Position numbers and translations under genes: made by a program. A stretch of DNA of 64,000 bases from Patescibacteria group bacterium (GTDB lineage: Bacteria; Patescibacteriota; Dojkabacteria; J137), in the NCBI GenBank assembly GCA_963169855.1, contig CAUJCN010000002.1, forward strand, positions 369,154-433,153. Reading direction: 5' to 3'. Position 1 is the stretch's first letter. Each line of letters starts with the position of its first letter. The notes beneath the pieces are model-generated. The model made no database searches. It was not told where the DNA came from and was given only the letters and a program-made list of their open reading frames with translations. Positions 1 through 9,037 of the stretch are shown here, one piece after another.

Positions 1-141
1 GGACCGGTTTATTCCCAATGAATGAGTTCAAAGATAAACTTGCTCACGCTATCGCAAATAGTAAGAAAATCAGCTACATAAATACAGTTTCCAATGCCTC
101 TGGAAATAGATTCATGCAATTTGGATTAGTAGCTGGATAAT

Positions 142-306
142 TTAAATTCCAGAACTTACAGGGATTGATGTTGGAGTCAACACTGTTTCAGGAAGAACCT
201 GTTGAACATCTTTGTACTTAATAGCAAAGAAGATTAATAATCCTACGTTGATAAGGATAACTACAATGCCAAAAGTTATTAATCCGTTTTTCTGATTTGT
301 ATTCAT
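142..306 (-). CDS. Small hypothetical membrane protein of about 55 aa (MNTNQKNGLITFGIVVILINVGLLIFF...), below the ORF-track length cutoff
   Basis: Manual translation of the minus strand gives ATG to TAA with one clear hydrophobic helix. No homology recognised. Confidence 0.25.
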   Translation of the reverse strand: MNTNQKNGLITFGIVVILINVGLLIFFAIKYKDVQQVLPETVLTPTSIPVSSGI

Positions 307-388
307 TTTTATATTATATGCAATTCTTAACTAAATAGAAACCCTCCAAAGCCGAAGCCTTGAAGGGTTTGGTTTATAGAAGCTTCAA

Positions 389-1213
389 TTATTGAAGAAA
401 TCCTTCAACTGTTGACTGCATATCTGTGTAACTATACGCTCCAGCAAAGTTAACTTCATTTACGAAGAATCCAGGTGTTCCAGAAACTCCCAATGTTGCT
501 CCCACAGCCGAGTCCGCAGCAATTACTCCATCATACTTACCTTGTTCAATACAAGATTTGATATATGATTTATCGATGTTGTCGGGAAGAATTGCTAACA
601 ATTTATCAATATTTCCTTTGTCATTCTTTACTTGATCGTTAATAACATCGTAACCCTCTGCAGAATAGAATTCATCGTGAGTTTCCCAGAATTTACCGAT
701 ATCTTTTGCACAGTAAAGCGCTTTTGCTGATAATTCTCCATTACCGTGTCCATTTGTATAGAACCACATGTAACTAGCTCTTCCTTCATCAACTAATTTT
801 TTGAATTCAACAACTGGAGCAACATAACTTCCACCATCAGCAACTAATGTAAACTGGCTTCCAGCAGATTTATTTAATTCGCCATTCTTTCCACTAGCAA
901 TATGACAGTACGGACAGCTAGGGTCTGAGAATTCAATGAAAGTGACAGGTTTACTTGCATCTCCAAATTTGATTCCTTCTACACCATTATATAAAGCTAA
1001 AATTTGATCTCTTGTTACTGTTACATTTCCTGCAGCAGTAGTTCCTGTTGTAGTTGTTGTACCTGTTCCTACAGTTACACCACCTTGCAACGATTTTCCA
1101 ATATTACTTAATCCAAAAAACATTCCTGCAGAAAGGATTAGTGCAGAAAATATAATTGCAAAAGGCATGAACAACGATTCAACATTGATTGTTGTGACTT
1201 CTGATTTCTCCAT
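389..1213 (-). CDS. Membrane-anchored thioredoxin-fold thiol-disulfide oxidoreductase (DsbA-like) with a CPYC active-site motif
   Basis: An N-terminal TM helix is followed by a Gly/Thr-rich linker and a thioredoxin-like domain. The motif SCPYCH matches the CxxC of DsbA/BdbD-type extracytoplasmic oxidoreductases. Confidence 0.7.
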   Translation of the reverse strand: MEKSEVTTINVESLFMPFAIIFSALILSAGMFFGLSNIGKSLQGGVTVGTGTTTTTGTTAAGNVTVTRDQILALYNGVEGIKFGDASKPVTFIEFSDPSCPYCHIASGKNGELNKSAGSQFTLVADGGSYVAPVVEFKKLVDEGRASYMWFYTNGHGNGELSAKALYCAKDIGKFWETHDEFYSAEGYDVINDQVKNDKGNIDKLLAILPDNIDKSYIKSCIEQGKYDGVIAADSAVGATLGVSGTPGFFVNEVNFAGAYSYTDMQSTVEGFLQ

Positions 1214-1300
1214 TAATTGATAAATAAAAATTTAAATTAAAACATTATACATGCAATACGTCCGTACAAAAAAAATTATTACGAAATTTTCCGAAAATGT

Positions 1301-1609
1301 TTAAATAAATTCGCAAACCTCTACACATTGAAGTGTACAAATTTCTGCATCAGGGTCATTTCTACAAACAGAAGCGCATTCATTGAATGTTCCGTTTTGT
1401 GATTCGCATTGTGATCGAGATAATCCTTCACATTCTTGTGCAGAATCGATCCATTTTCCTCCATTATTTTTACAAAAATCTTCTGCTGCAACTGCTGAGG
1501 GATCTTTTACATTAACATTATTGATAGTATAAATTGTTGCTAAAGTTACTCCTACAAGCACGGTTAGACCAATTAGCATCAGTGTAATTCTTTTCTGAAA
1601 AATACTCAT
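1301..1609 (-). CDS. Small secreted or anchored cysteine-rich protein (102 aa, 8 Cys in the roughly 60-aa mature region)
   Basis: An N-terminal hydrophobic signal or anchor is followed by an acidic 8-Cys domain (FC, EC, QC, EC, VC, IC, QC, VC). It lies immediately upstream of, and co-oriented with, the DsbA-like gene. Confidence 0.55.
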   Translation of the reverse strand: MSIFQKRITLMLIGLTVLVGVTLATIYTINNVNVKDPSAVAAEDFCKNNGGKWIDSAQECEGLSRSQCESQNGTFNECASVCRNDPDAEICTLQCVEVCEFI

Positions 1610-1756
1610 AAATAGTTCTTAATAAGTAATGTTATCAGTATAGAAAAAAGCTTAAGCAATTTAAAGTTGCACCGTCTTTATTTTGTATTGCATGACAATG
1701 TGCAAAATTTTTCGGATTGATATAAACACACTAACTTTATTTATTAATTTATTTTT

Positions 1757-2074
1757 ATGAATATTCACCAGATCGTTTTGCTTGGAAGAGCAACTAGAGA
1801 TTCGGAGGAACTAACTTCAAAGGACGAAAAAAAGTACGCAAAGATTTGTCTTGCAGTTAACGACTTCAATTCAAAAACAAAAGAAGAAAGAACAACTTTC
1901 TATGATGTGCTAGTTTTTGGAAACTCAGTTGATTCTGCGGTTGAAAAAGTTAAGAAAGGTGATCCTGTTATGGTTACAGGCAGACCGGAAGTGGAAGCAT
2001 TTATCTCAAAAAAAGATAATGAACCGAAAGTTTCAATAACTGTTCTTTCTGAATCTTGGAAAGTAATCAAGTAG
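1757..2074 (+). CDS. ssb: Short single-stranded-DNA-binding (SSB/OB-fold) protein lacking the acidic C-terminal tail
   Basis: The sequence pattern VLLGRATRDSEL...TFYDVLVFGNSVDSAVEKVKKGDPVMVTGR matches the SSB OB-fold consensus (ViLiGrLtrDPElr...dfi.vvvwgk.AE.v.kyl.KG..v.veGrl). Confidence 0.55.
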   Translation: MNIHQIVLLGRATRDSEELTSKDEKKYAKICLAVNDFNSKTKEERTTFYDVLVFGNSVDSAVEKVKKGDPVMVTGRPEVEAFISKKDNEPKVSITVLSESWKVIK

Positions 2075-2084
2075 TAGTAATTGG

Positions 2085-2110
2085 CCTGAGCAGAGATGCT
2101 CAGGAAATTT
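2085..2110. terminator. Hairpin (cctgagc-agagat-gctcagg) followed by AAATTT, sitting between the convergent SSB gene and the 2109-3104 gene
   Basis: A 7-bp perfect inverted repeat lies directly after the SSB stop codon. Confidence 0.35.
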
Positions 2111-3104
2111 AATCGCAAGAATAAAGGGTAACAAGAAGAAGCTCTAAAATTTCCTTTAACTCAGATTCGGGATTTTGTTCTTCGTAATATTTTATTCCCT
2201 CCTCTTGTAAATGATCCACGACCATGAGTCTCCAGTTTAAACTGCCGTCAATTTCCTTATATACCTGAAGTGATCGATAACTTTCATTTGGATTTACCTC
2301 TGAAGAATCTTCAGGAAAAACTATTTCCTCTGAATTACATTCTGGAATTTGATGAAAACCTACACTAAAATACTGTTCGGATTTCTGCATTAGCGCAAAT
2401 CCAATCTGGGATCTAATAAAAGTTTTAGAGACTTTTGTACCAATAATGTTTAGCTCCCCATCGTCTAAAGAAATATCAGCCCCTTGAACTTTAACATGAG
2501 TAACTTTGAAGTCTCTTTCTTGGTGAAGTTCTATATAAATCTGTAAATCCTCTAGAACTTTATTGGTAATTTTTTTGAGAATTGAATTAGTTTTAGTCTC
2601 TTGAATTTCTGATAACAGATCAAGTAAATGAGTTAATAAAATTCTAGTTACACTTTTAACTTTATGTTGAGTAAAGTCTTCACTCTGAGATTCGGAATCT
2701 ACAAAACAACTAACTCCATGACCTTGGAGATTTGGAATAACGTATACTAATGTTTCAACAGATTCTTCATCAAGTGGAGTCACATATGTAGGAGAATCTT
2801 CCTCCAACAAATATTCGTCATCATCTGTTTCTGCCATCTTCACTACTTCTCTAATGTACAAAAGGCCGTCACCATCGGAACCTAAGGTAACTGAATGGCC
2901 AGCTATTCTATGAACTACTCCATCGAAATCCTCACCATCGTATAGTATGTTCGTATTTTTAATAGCAAGTTGTACCTCATCCCCTTTTGTAGGAAATAAA
3001 TTTGGGAATTGCCGAGATAAAGTCAGGTATATTTGTAACAAACTTGATAATCGATTGCTTATATTATCAGGAAGTTTTTCTGGATTATAATCTTCAAATC
3101 CCAT
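2109..3104 (-). CDS. Hypothetical acidic protein (331 aa)
   Basis: Long ORF with coding-like composition and no recognisable motif. Confidence 0.5.
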   Translation of the reverse strand: MGFEDYNPEKLPDNISNRLSSLLQIYLTLSRQFPNLFPTKGDEVQLAIKNTNILYDGEDFDGVVHRIAGHSVTLGSDGDGLLYIREVVKMAETDDDEYLLEEDSPTYVTPLDEESVETLVYVIPNLQGHGVSCFVDSESQSEDFTQHKVKSVTRILLTHLLDLLSEIQETKTNSILKKITNKVLEDLQIYIELHQERDFKVTHVKVQGADISLDDGELNIIGTKVSKTFIRSQIGFALMQKSEQYFSVGFHQIPECNSEEIVFPEDSSEVNPNESYRSLQVYKEIDGSLNWRLMVVDHLQEEGIKYYEEQNPESELKEILELLLVTLYSCD

Positions 3105-3198
3105 ACGATTTTATTAAACACGGGATTATAGCCTTCTGATCATACAAATTACAATGCGTAAGAACCTCAGAAATTTCAAAATGTGGTAATATTTTTGC

Positions 3199-4371
3199 AT
3201 GGAACCACTTTCATCACAATTTAGACCAGACAATCTAGAAGATTTTATTGGTCAGGAGAAACTGATTAATCCAATTAAAAAATTGCTTGAAAACAACCGA
3301 TTGCCTTCGATGATTTTTTGGGGGCCACCTGGAACTGGAAAAACGACACTGGCCTACATAATCTCAAAGAATTTTAACGCTGAGTTTTTCAAGCTTTCAG
3401 CAGTTAATAGTGGGAAAGCTAAATTGAATTTAATTGTAAAGAAGGCACTTTCACTTCAGAAAGAAGGTAAAAATACCATTTTATTCTTAGACGAAATTCA
3501 TAGATGGAACAAGGCTCAACAAGATGCACTTCTACCGTATGTCGAAAAAGGAATCATAACTTTAATTGGAGCAACTACAGAAAACCCATCTTTCTCTTTA
3601 ATCCCTGCTTTACTTTCTAGAAGCAGAGTTTTTACTTTCTCAAAACATAAGCCAGATGATGTTATTGAATATTTAAAAAATCTGATTGAAAGATCCGATC
3701 TGAAAATAAAACTTGAACCAAAAGTAATAGAAAAAATTGCCGAATCTAGCGATGGAGATTTAAGAACAGCTGGAAACATTTTAGATTATATTTCTGGACT
3801 TGGATTAAAGAAAGTTACATTGAATGATTTAAAAGACCTTTTAGAAAACTTTCTTCAGTACGAAAGAGGCGGTGAAGACCATTATAATATTATTTCGGCT
3901 GTTCATAAATCAATGCGTGACTCTGACCCAGATGCATCTGTTTACTGGGTTATGAGGATGTTAGAGGCTGGTGACGATCCTGTATACATTGCTCGAAGAT
4001 TAGTTAGATTTGCATCCGAAGATATAGGCAATGCTGACATCAATGCGCTGGTTTTAGCAAACGCAGTTATGGATACCTGTAAGAACCTTGGAATGCCAGA
4101 GTCTGATACTGCTTTAATTCAGTTAGCAATTTACTTGGCAAAAGCCCCTAAAGATAACTCAGCTTATTTGGCTGCATCTCAGGCAAGAGAAGATGTAAAG
4201 AAATACGGATCTTTGGCTGTTCCATTGCATATAAGAAACGCTCCTACCCAATTTATGAAGGACGAAGGATATGGTAAGGGGTATAAATACTTCCATGACC
4301 ATAAAGAAGATCCGAACTTCAAACAAGAACATTTCCCTCCAGAACTAAAAGACAGGAAATATGTCGCCTAG
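3199..4371 (+). CDS. rarA: Replication-associated recombination protein A (RarA/MgsA AAA+ ATPase)
   Basis: Walker A motif GPPGTGKTTLA, Walker B motif LFLDEIHRWNK, and the C-terminal MgsA helical domain (YDPVYIARRLVRFASEDIGNAD). Confidence 0.85.
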   Translation: MEPLSSQFRPDNLEDFIGQEKLINPIKKLLENNRLPSMIFWGPPGTGKTTLAYIISKNFNAEFFKLSAVNSGKAKLNLIVKKALSLQKEGKNTILFLDEIHRWNKAQQDALLPYVEKGIITLIGATTENPSFSLIPALLSRSRVFTFSKHKPDDVIEYLKNLIERSDLKIKLEPKVIEKIAESSDGDLRTAGNILDYISGLGLKKVTLNDLKDLLENFLQYERGGEDHYNIISAVHKSMRDSDPDASVYWVMRMLEAGDDPVYIARRLVRFASEDIGNADINALVLANAVMDTCKNLGMPESDTALIQLAIYLAKAPKDNSAYLAASQAREDVKKYGSLAVPLHIRNAPTQFMKDEGYGKGYKYFHDHKEDPNFKQEHFPPELKDRKYVA

Positions 4372-4373
4372 AG

Positions 4374-5696
4374 TTGGAAACTAACCTCTTCTCTGTTATA
4401 ATCCCTGGCATGGGAAGAACTGAAATACATTTAGAAAGAAATTATGATTCAGAAGTCATTTCTATCATTGCCACTGTTCTAAAGAACTCTACGATTAGAG
4501 TTGTAGACTTACAATCTCTGGCAAGAGTTTCTACCGCAATCTCAGAAAAGCCACTTTTAATAAAGTCTCCTGTTACTTTGCTTAATCATATTAGACAAAT
4601 GCTTAGGGAGTTGAAATCCAATGCAGGGGCGAGAGAGGATCAAATTACTTTTTACATGATGACTGACTATCTGATTAGAAGAATTAGAGATGCAGTTTCG
4701 ACAGAAGTTACAGATTCACAAAGCGAATCCCCTTTTGAAGCGTACTTCGACCAAGCTGACGAAACTCTAGAAGCACCAGCGAACGAAAACGATCCTTTTG
4801 CTCAATATTTGAATCTTGAATACAAACAAGTTGATGAAGTGCTACCGGAAAAATGCGACGATTTTCCTTTAGGATTCTATAAGGAAGATATTGTTAAAAG
4901 AATCGAAGCAAAGATCGCTTCTAATTTTAAAGAAGTTGATGGGAAACCAATTTTTATTTTCAAAGGCTCCGGTAAAGCTTTAAGAGATCTGATGACTTTG
5001 ATGGAAGGATTCGAAACTATCACAGACAAAGAAAAGGGAGAAGTTTCTGCGTGGCTGGAACAGATAATTGAATCTCTTAAAAAGTTTGTTGCTGTGCCAC
5101 AGTTTGAATATACGCACCGAGATATCGAAGATGCTGAAGCAGTTCTAAGAGAATACACTATTGCACTGTATGTAAGACAACAGGAAGAAGAAGTTAGATT
5201 CATAAAACAGAAAGTTCATCCACTTCCCTCTTATGATCAACTCGAAACTGTTATTACGAAAAGAATTGCAGAACAGACAATTACCAGATATATCCGAAAT
5301 ATTCTAAGTAATGATCTGAATGGATTGGATGCTTTATTTCATCTTGTAATCGAATCTGTTACTAAAATTAAAAGTCATGTAAAAACAATTCTTTTAACAG
5401 ATCCTAAGAAGTTATCTGGATCTATTGCTGGAGATAACATCAGATACTTCTCTGATATTATCAAGGAAATTGTTTTAAAGTTGAACTCTAAGATTGAAAA
5501 ACTTTCTATAGATGACTGCGAAACTAAACCTTACAGAGATTTGATGCACTCTATCTTAGATGAGATTAATACAACTGTAATTACCATTCCATCAAAAAAC
5601 CAAACATTTAGTCTGTTTCCAAGTGATTTGATAGAACTAGCCTCACAGATAACAGAAGCCTCTGCTAGATGGGTTGGCTACAAAAGAGAAGCGTAA
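4374..5696 (+). CDS. Hypothetical protein (440 aa) starting 3 nt after the rarA stop
   Basis: Long ORF that is tightly spaced with rarA on the same strand. No motif recognised. Confidence 0.5.
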   Translation: METNLFSVIIPGMGRTEIHLERNYDSEVISIIATVLKNSTIRVVDLQSLARVSTAISEKPLLIKSPVTLLNHIRQMLRELKSNAGAREDQITFYMMTDYLIRRIRDAVSTEVTDSQSESPFEAYFDQADETLEAPANENDPFAQYLNLEYKQVDEVLPEKCDDFPLGFYKEDIVKRIEAKIASNFKEVDGKPIFIFKGSGKALRDLMTLMEGFETITDKEKGEVSAWLEQIIESLKKFVAVPQFEYTHRDIEDAEAVLREYTIALYVRQQEEEVRFIKQKVHPLPSYDQLETVITKRIAEQTITRYIRNILSNDLNGLDALFHLVIESVTKIKSHVKTILLTDPKKLSGSIAGDNIRYFSDIIKEIVLKLNSKIEKLSIDDCETKPYRDLMHSILDEINTTVITIPSKNQTFSLFPSDLIELASQITEASARWVGYKREA

Positions 5697-5697
5697 G

Positions 5698-7482
5698 CTA
5701 CACATATCCTTTAGCTTGAGCATTAAAGGACTCAGCATAAGTTCCGTTTAGATTAACTAACTCTTGATGAGTTCCTGATTCGGTAATTTTTCCATCAACA
5801 AGTACAATGATTTTGTTTGCTTTTCTCACTGTACTAAATCTGTGAGAAATAATAATTACAGTTTTTTCTTTGGCAAAATCGAATAAAGTTTCGAAGATTT
5901 CTTCCTCTGCTTTTGCATCAATAGCAGATGTAGGTTCGTCTAAAACTAAAATTGGAGAATCTTTATAGAACGATCTTGCGAGTGCAATTCTCTGCCATTG
6001 TCCCCCAGATAGGTCTACTCCTCCTTCAAAAGATGGTTCCAGTATTTGATTTTCACCATTTGAAAGTTTCTGTAAAACACTATTGGCTCTAGATTTAGCA
6101 ATGATTTCCTCAAATTCATTTTGAACAAATTCTTTCTGAATATTCCCTAGAAGAACATTTTCTTTAAAGGTTAGTAAGTCGTACCGGACGAAATCTTGAA
6201 ACAAAATTCCCATTGACTGGAATAAACTCTCAAAAGACAAATCTTTTATATTTCTGCCATTGATTAAAATTTCACCCTCCTCTGGATCGTAGAACCTAAC
6301 TAGCAATTTTATTAATGTAGATTTCCCAGCACCATTCTCACCTACTAGAGCAATTTTTTCACCAGCTTCAACTTTCAAATTGAAGTCTTTTAAAACATAC
6401 AATTCAGTATCAGGATATTTAAATGACACATTTTTAAATTCAATTGAAAGTCCTTGCGAGTTTATTGGTAATTCAACAGCCCCTTCTTTAATAGACTCCT
6501 CTAAATCAATGAAAGCGTAATAATCATCTAGATATCGCATGTCTTCTCTCACATCACTGATTATTCTAAAGAGCCAGTTTAGTGCACCTGAGAAAGCTGT
6601 GATTGATGCGATGTAAAATGTTAATAATCCAATCGAAATCTCTCCCTCCACTGCAGCGAAAATTGCAATAACCCAGAATACTAAAATTCCTAATTTGCTA
6701 ATATTTCCTGTTAAAGATTCTATAGCCGCTTTCTTGGCATGAGCCTTTCTTTCTTTCTCAGCAAATCCTGTAAAAATATTTTTAACTCTGTTGAACAAAT
6801 AGTTTCCTGCGTTATAAATTCGAATTTCTTTGATTGCTTTCTCACTACTTATATAGTCTTTTAAACCCCAATACATTTTTCTTTCATCAGAACTTGCATC
6901 CCAAATACCCCAGGCTTCTTTACCATATTTAGTATTGAAAATTATTGTTGGAATTGCAGTAACGACGACAACAACAAATGCAACTATGGAGAAATTCAGC
7001 ACCACAATCAAGGAAGAGACCAAAGTTCCAATTTCGATGAAAAGCCAAATCAATCTACCCGCTGTTTCCCTAGGTTTCCAATCGTAAGTTTCGCTTGCTT
7101 TATAAATTATTTTAGAAATCTTCGGATTCTCATATGCGCTGTGATTAAGTTTGTAAGCCTTATCTAAAAATTTAAAAGTGAAAAGTTTTCCAAGATTAAA
7201 GTAATGAATCTTATTTAAATATGAATGAAGGATCCAAAGAGTTGTATCTAATGCTGTTAAGGCAATCACTATAACTATGAAGCCTGTTAACGTACTTGTC
7301 ACTCCCAAGTTACCATCAATTATTCTAACTAATTCATCAATAACTCTTCCCTCAGCAAATCTATTTAGAAAGGGAATTAGAGAAAGAAAAAGACCTAAAA
7401 CAACAAGGGCTATGAATAGCCCTTTATGTTCCTTATATACATCTAATATTAGTCTTAAAAGACTATTTCTTCTTCTTAGCAT
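5698..7482 (-). CDS. ABC exporter with fused permease and ATPase (MsbA/ABCB-like)
   Basis: N-terminal six-TM region. The nucleotide-binding domain has Walker A GENGAGKST, ABC signature LSGGQWQRIALAR, and Walker B ILVLDEPTSAID. Confidence 0.85.
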   Translation of the reverse strand: MLRRRNSLLRLILDVYKEHKGLFIALVVLGLFLSLIPFLNRFAEGRVIDELVRIIDGNLGVTSTLTGFIVIVIALTALDTTLWILHSYLNKIHYFNLGKLFTFKFLDKAYKLNHSAYENPKISKIIYKASETYDWKPRETAGRLIWLFIEIGTLVSSLIVVLNFSIVAFVVVVVTAIPTIIFNTKYGKEAWGIWDASSDERKMYWGLKDYISSEKAIKEIRIYNAGNYLFNRVKNIFTGFAEKERKAHAKKAAIESLTGNISKLGILVFWVIAIFAAVEGEISIGLLTFYIASITAFSGALNWLFRIISDVREDMRYLDDYYAFIDLEESIKEGAVELPINSQGLSIEFKNVSFKYPDTELYVLKDFNLKVEAGEKIALVGENGAGKSTLIKLLVRFYDPEEGEILINGRNIKDLSFESLFQSMGILFQDFVRYDLLTFKENVLLGNIQKEFVQNEFEEIIAKSRANSVLQKLSNGENQILEPSFEGGVDLSGGQWQRIALARSFYKDSPILVLDEPTSAIDAKAEEEIFETLFDFAKEKTVIIISHRFSTVRKANKIIVLVDGKITESGTHQELVNLNGTYAESFNAQAKGYV

Positions 7483-8767
7483 TTAAACCTTGATGAAGTA
7501 ATAACGTTATTATCATTCCACAAATTGAAGCACTTAATACTCCAACAATATCGTAAAGTACCCAATTCTTTGATAATGGACTTAGGAAAATTACTATTAC
7601 CAACAAACTGATAAATAAATTTCTTACTAAATTCTTTGTTAATCTATGTCCTCTAAAATATGCGGACATAACCATTACTCCTAAGACTAACAGAGCTAGA
7701 ATTGAAAAGTAAGTAGCTACAGATAAAACCGCAGACGATACCTTCAACAAGGCTAGAGTTGAAAGAACAAATAATGTTAATGTTGCAAATTGTTTCTTGG
7801 CAATAACCTTTCGATTCACCCAGTACGCTACTGCAAGAACAACTGCAATAAACACAGCTCCAATAGTTACTTGCTCAGCTAATGTCTTTAGTGGGAAGTT
7901 TGCAGGAATTTCTTCAACAGGAGTATTAACATCAAAAGCATATTCGAATGGCTGATTCTCTTCAAAATAACTCTTAACGATAGCTAAAGATAATCTAGTA
8001 TTCGTATTTTGGGTTAAAGGAATTAATCTTAATGTTGCTGCTGGATCACTAGTATATTGAGTTTTAGCAACAAAGAATGCATTTTCATTATCGATGTTCA
8101 TGTAAAAATATCCTTGAGTAGTGCTCCCTGCTTCAGAAAGTGCCGAGTTGATCAAATTGACTTTGTCTGATTTGAAGTTTAATACTAAATGATTTCCTAA
8201 TGCAGGTAAATATGTCTGAGAAATAACTCCATCGATATCGTAATCGTATAATTCCAAAGGCGACCCATTAATTGAAATGAAATCTATTTTAGCTTGAGCT
8301 ACTAATTGCTTTGCAAGAAGAGATACGTCGTTATAGTATCTTGGGAATTCTAAGATAACATTATTTCCTTCTCTCCAAATTCCTAGATCATACAAACCAG
8401 CATTTGAAGCTCTGTTCGAGAATCTGCTAACACTTTCGTTTATGATAGTATCTTTCTGGTCATCAGATAATTCTGTTTCACCAAAATTTGGAGCAACAGT
8501 CACTTTGTAAGTTGGGTAAAGTCCTCTGCCTTCTTTTACATTCCCTATAGTCGATCCTTCATAGAAAAAGTGTCCGTCTATTTCTGGATACTTAATTTCG
8601 CTACCTCCAATATTAATTGTGAACGAAGGGATAACGAAGATAATTAAAACTATGTTAAGAAGTACTAAAATAATACTAGATAACTTAACTTTTTTTATTT
8701 TACTAAACATACTAAGATTGATAATATTATTGAGATTATATACCATTTGGACAAATTCTTTAAACAT
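7463..8767 (-). CDS. Polytopic membrane protein with a large extracytoplasmic domain (N-terminal TM, roughly 300-aa exposed region, C-terminal 4-TM bundle)
   Basis: Hydrophobicity pattern. The ORF overlaps the downstream ABC exporter by 20 nt on the same strand. Confidence 0.5.
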   Translation of the reverse strand: MFKEFVQMVYNLNNIINLSMFSKIKKVKLSSIILVLLNIVLIIFVIPSFTINIGGSEIKYPEIDGHFFYEGSTIGNVKEGRGLYPTYKVTVAPNFGETELSDDQKDTIINESVSRFSNRASNAGLYDLGIWREGNNVILEFPRYYNDVSLLAKQLVAQAKIDFISINGSPLELYDYDIDGVISQTYLPALGNHLVLNFKSDKVNLINSALSEAGSTTQGYFYMNIDNENAFFVAKTQYTSDPAATLRLIPLTQNTNTRLSLAIVKSYFEENQPFEYAFDVNTPVEEIPANFPLKTLAEQVTIGAVFIAVVLAVAYWVNRKVIAKKQFATLTLFVLSTLALLKVSSAVLSVATYFSILALLVLGVMVMSAYFRGHRLTKNLVRNLFISLLVIVIFLSPLSKNWVLYDIVGVLSASICGMIITLLLHQGLNAKKKK

Positions 8768-9037
8768 TTTATGAACACTAATTCTCCAACTACTCTGAAA
8801 GATGACTCTACTGTTGAAAGATTAACAAAGTTAGCTTTAGTTTCTCGATTTCTTACCACAACAGTTAATGATCTAACGGAAGAATCTTCTTATTTTCTAG
8901 CAAGACAAGCTCTTCAAGATTTCTCAGATGAACTTACGAAACTTAATTTGGATGTTGAACTTGCCAATGACATGAAAAAGTTTGTGGAGTTTTTAGCAGA
9001 ATCTTTGGAGAATAAGTATAAATTACATCGAAGCTAG
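8747..9037 (+). CDS. Small hypothetical protein (96 aa, predicted helical) on the strand opposite its neighbours
   Basis: This ORF sits in the 255-bp spacer between the Fic-like and membrane-protein genes. The sequence looks protein-like, but I have no supporting homology. Confidence 0.25.
   Translation: MDKFFKHFMNTNSPTTLKDDSTVERLTKLALVSRFLTTTVNDLTEESSYFLARQALQDFSDELTKLNLDVELANDMKKFVEFLAESLENKYKLHRS

Noticed and set aside
1900-2118. 72-aa minus-strand ORF overlapping the SSB gene
   Set aside because: It lies fully antisense to a better-supported gene and has a low-complexity translation, so I treat it as a spurious antisense ORF.
3516-3779. 87-aa ORF antisense to rarA, and similar antisense ORFs at 4877-5203, 7277-7486, 10281-10520, 11953-12173, 13731-13958, 17713-17901, 17959-18300 and 21101-21331
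   Set aside because: Each is embedded in the opposite strand of a gene with strong motif support. Their compositions are typical of frame-shadow ORFs in AT-rich DNA.
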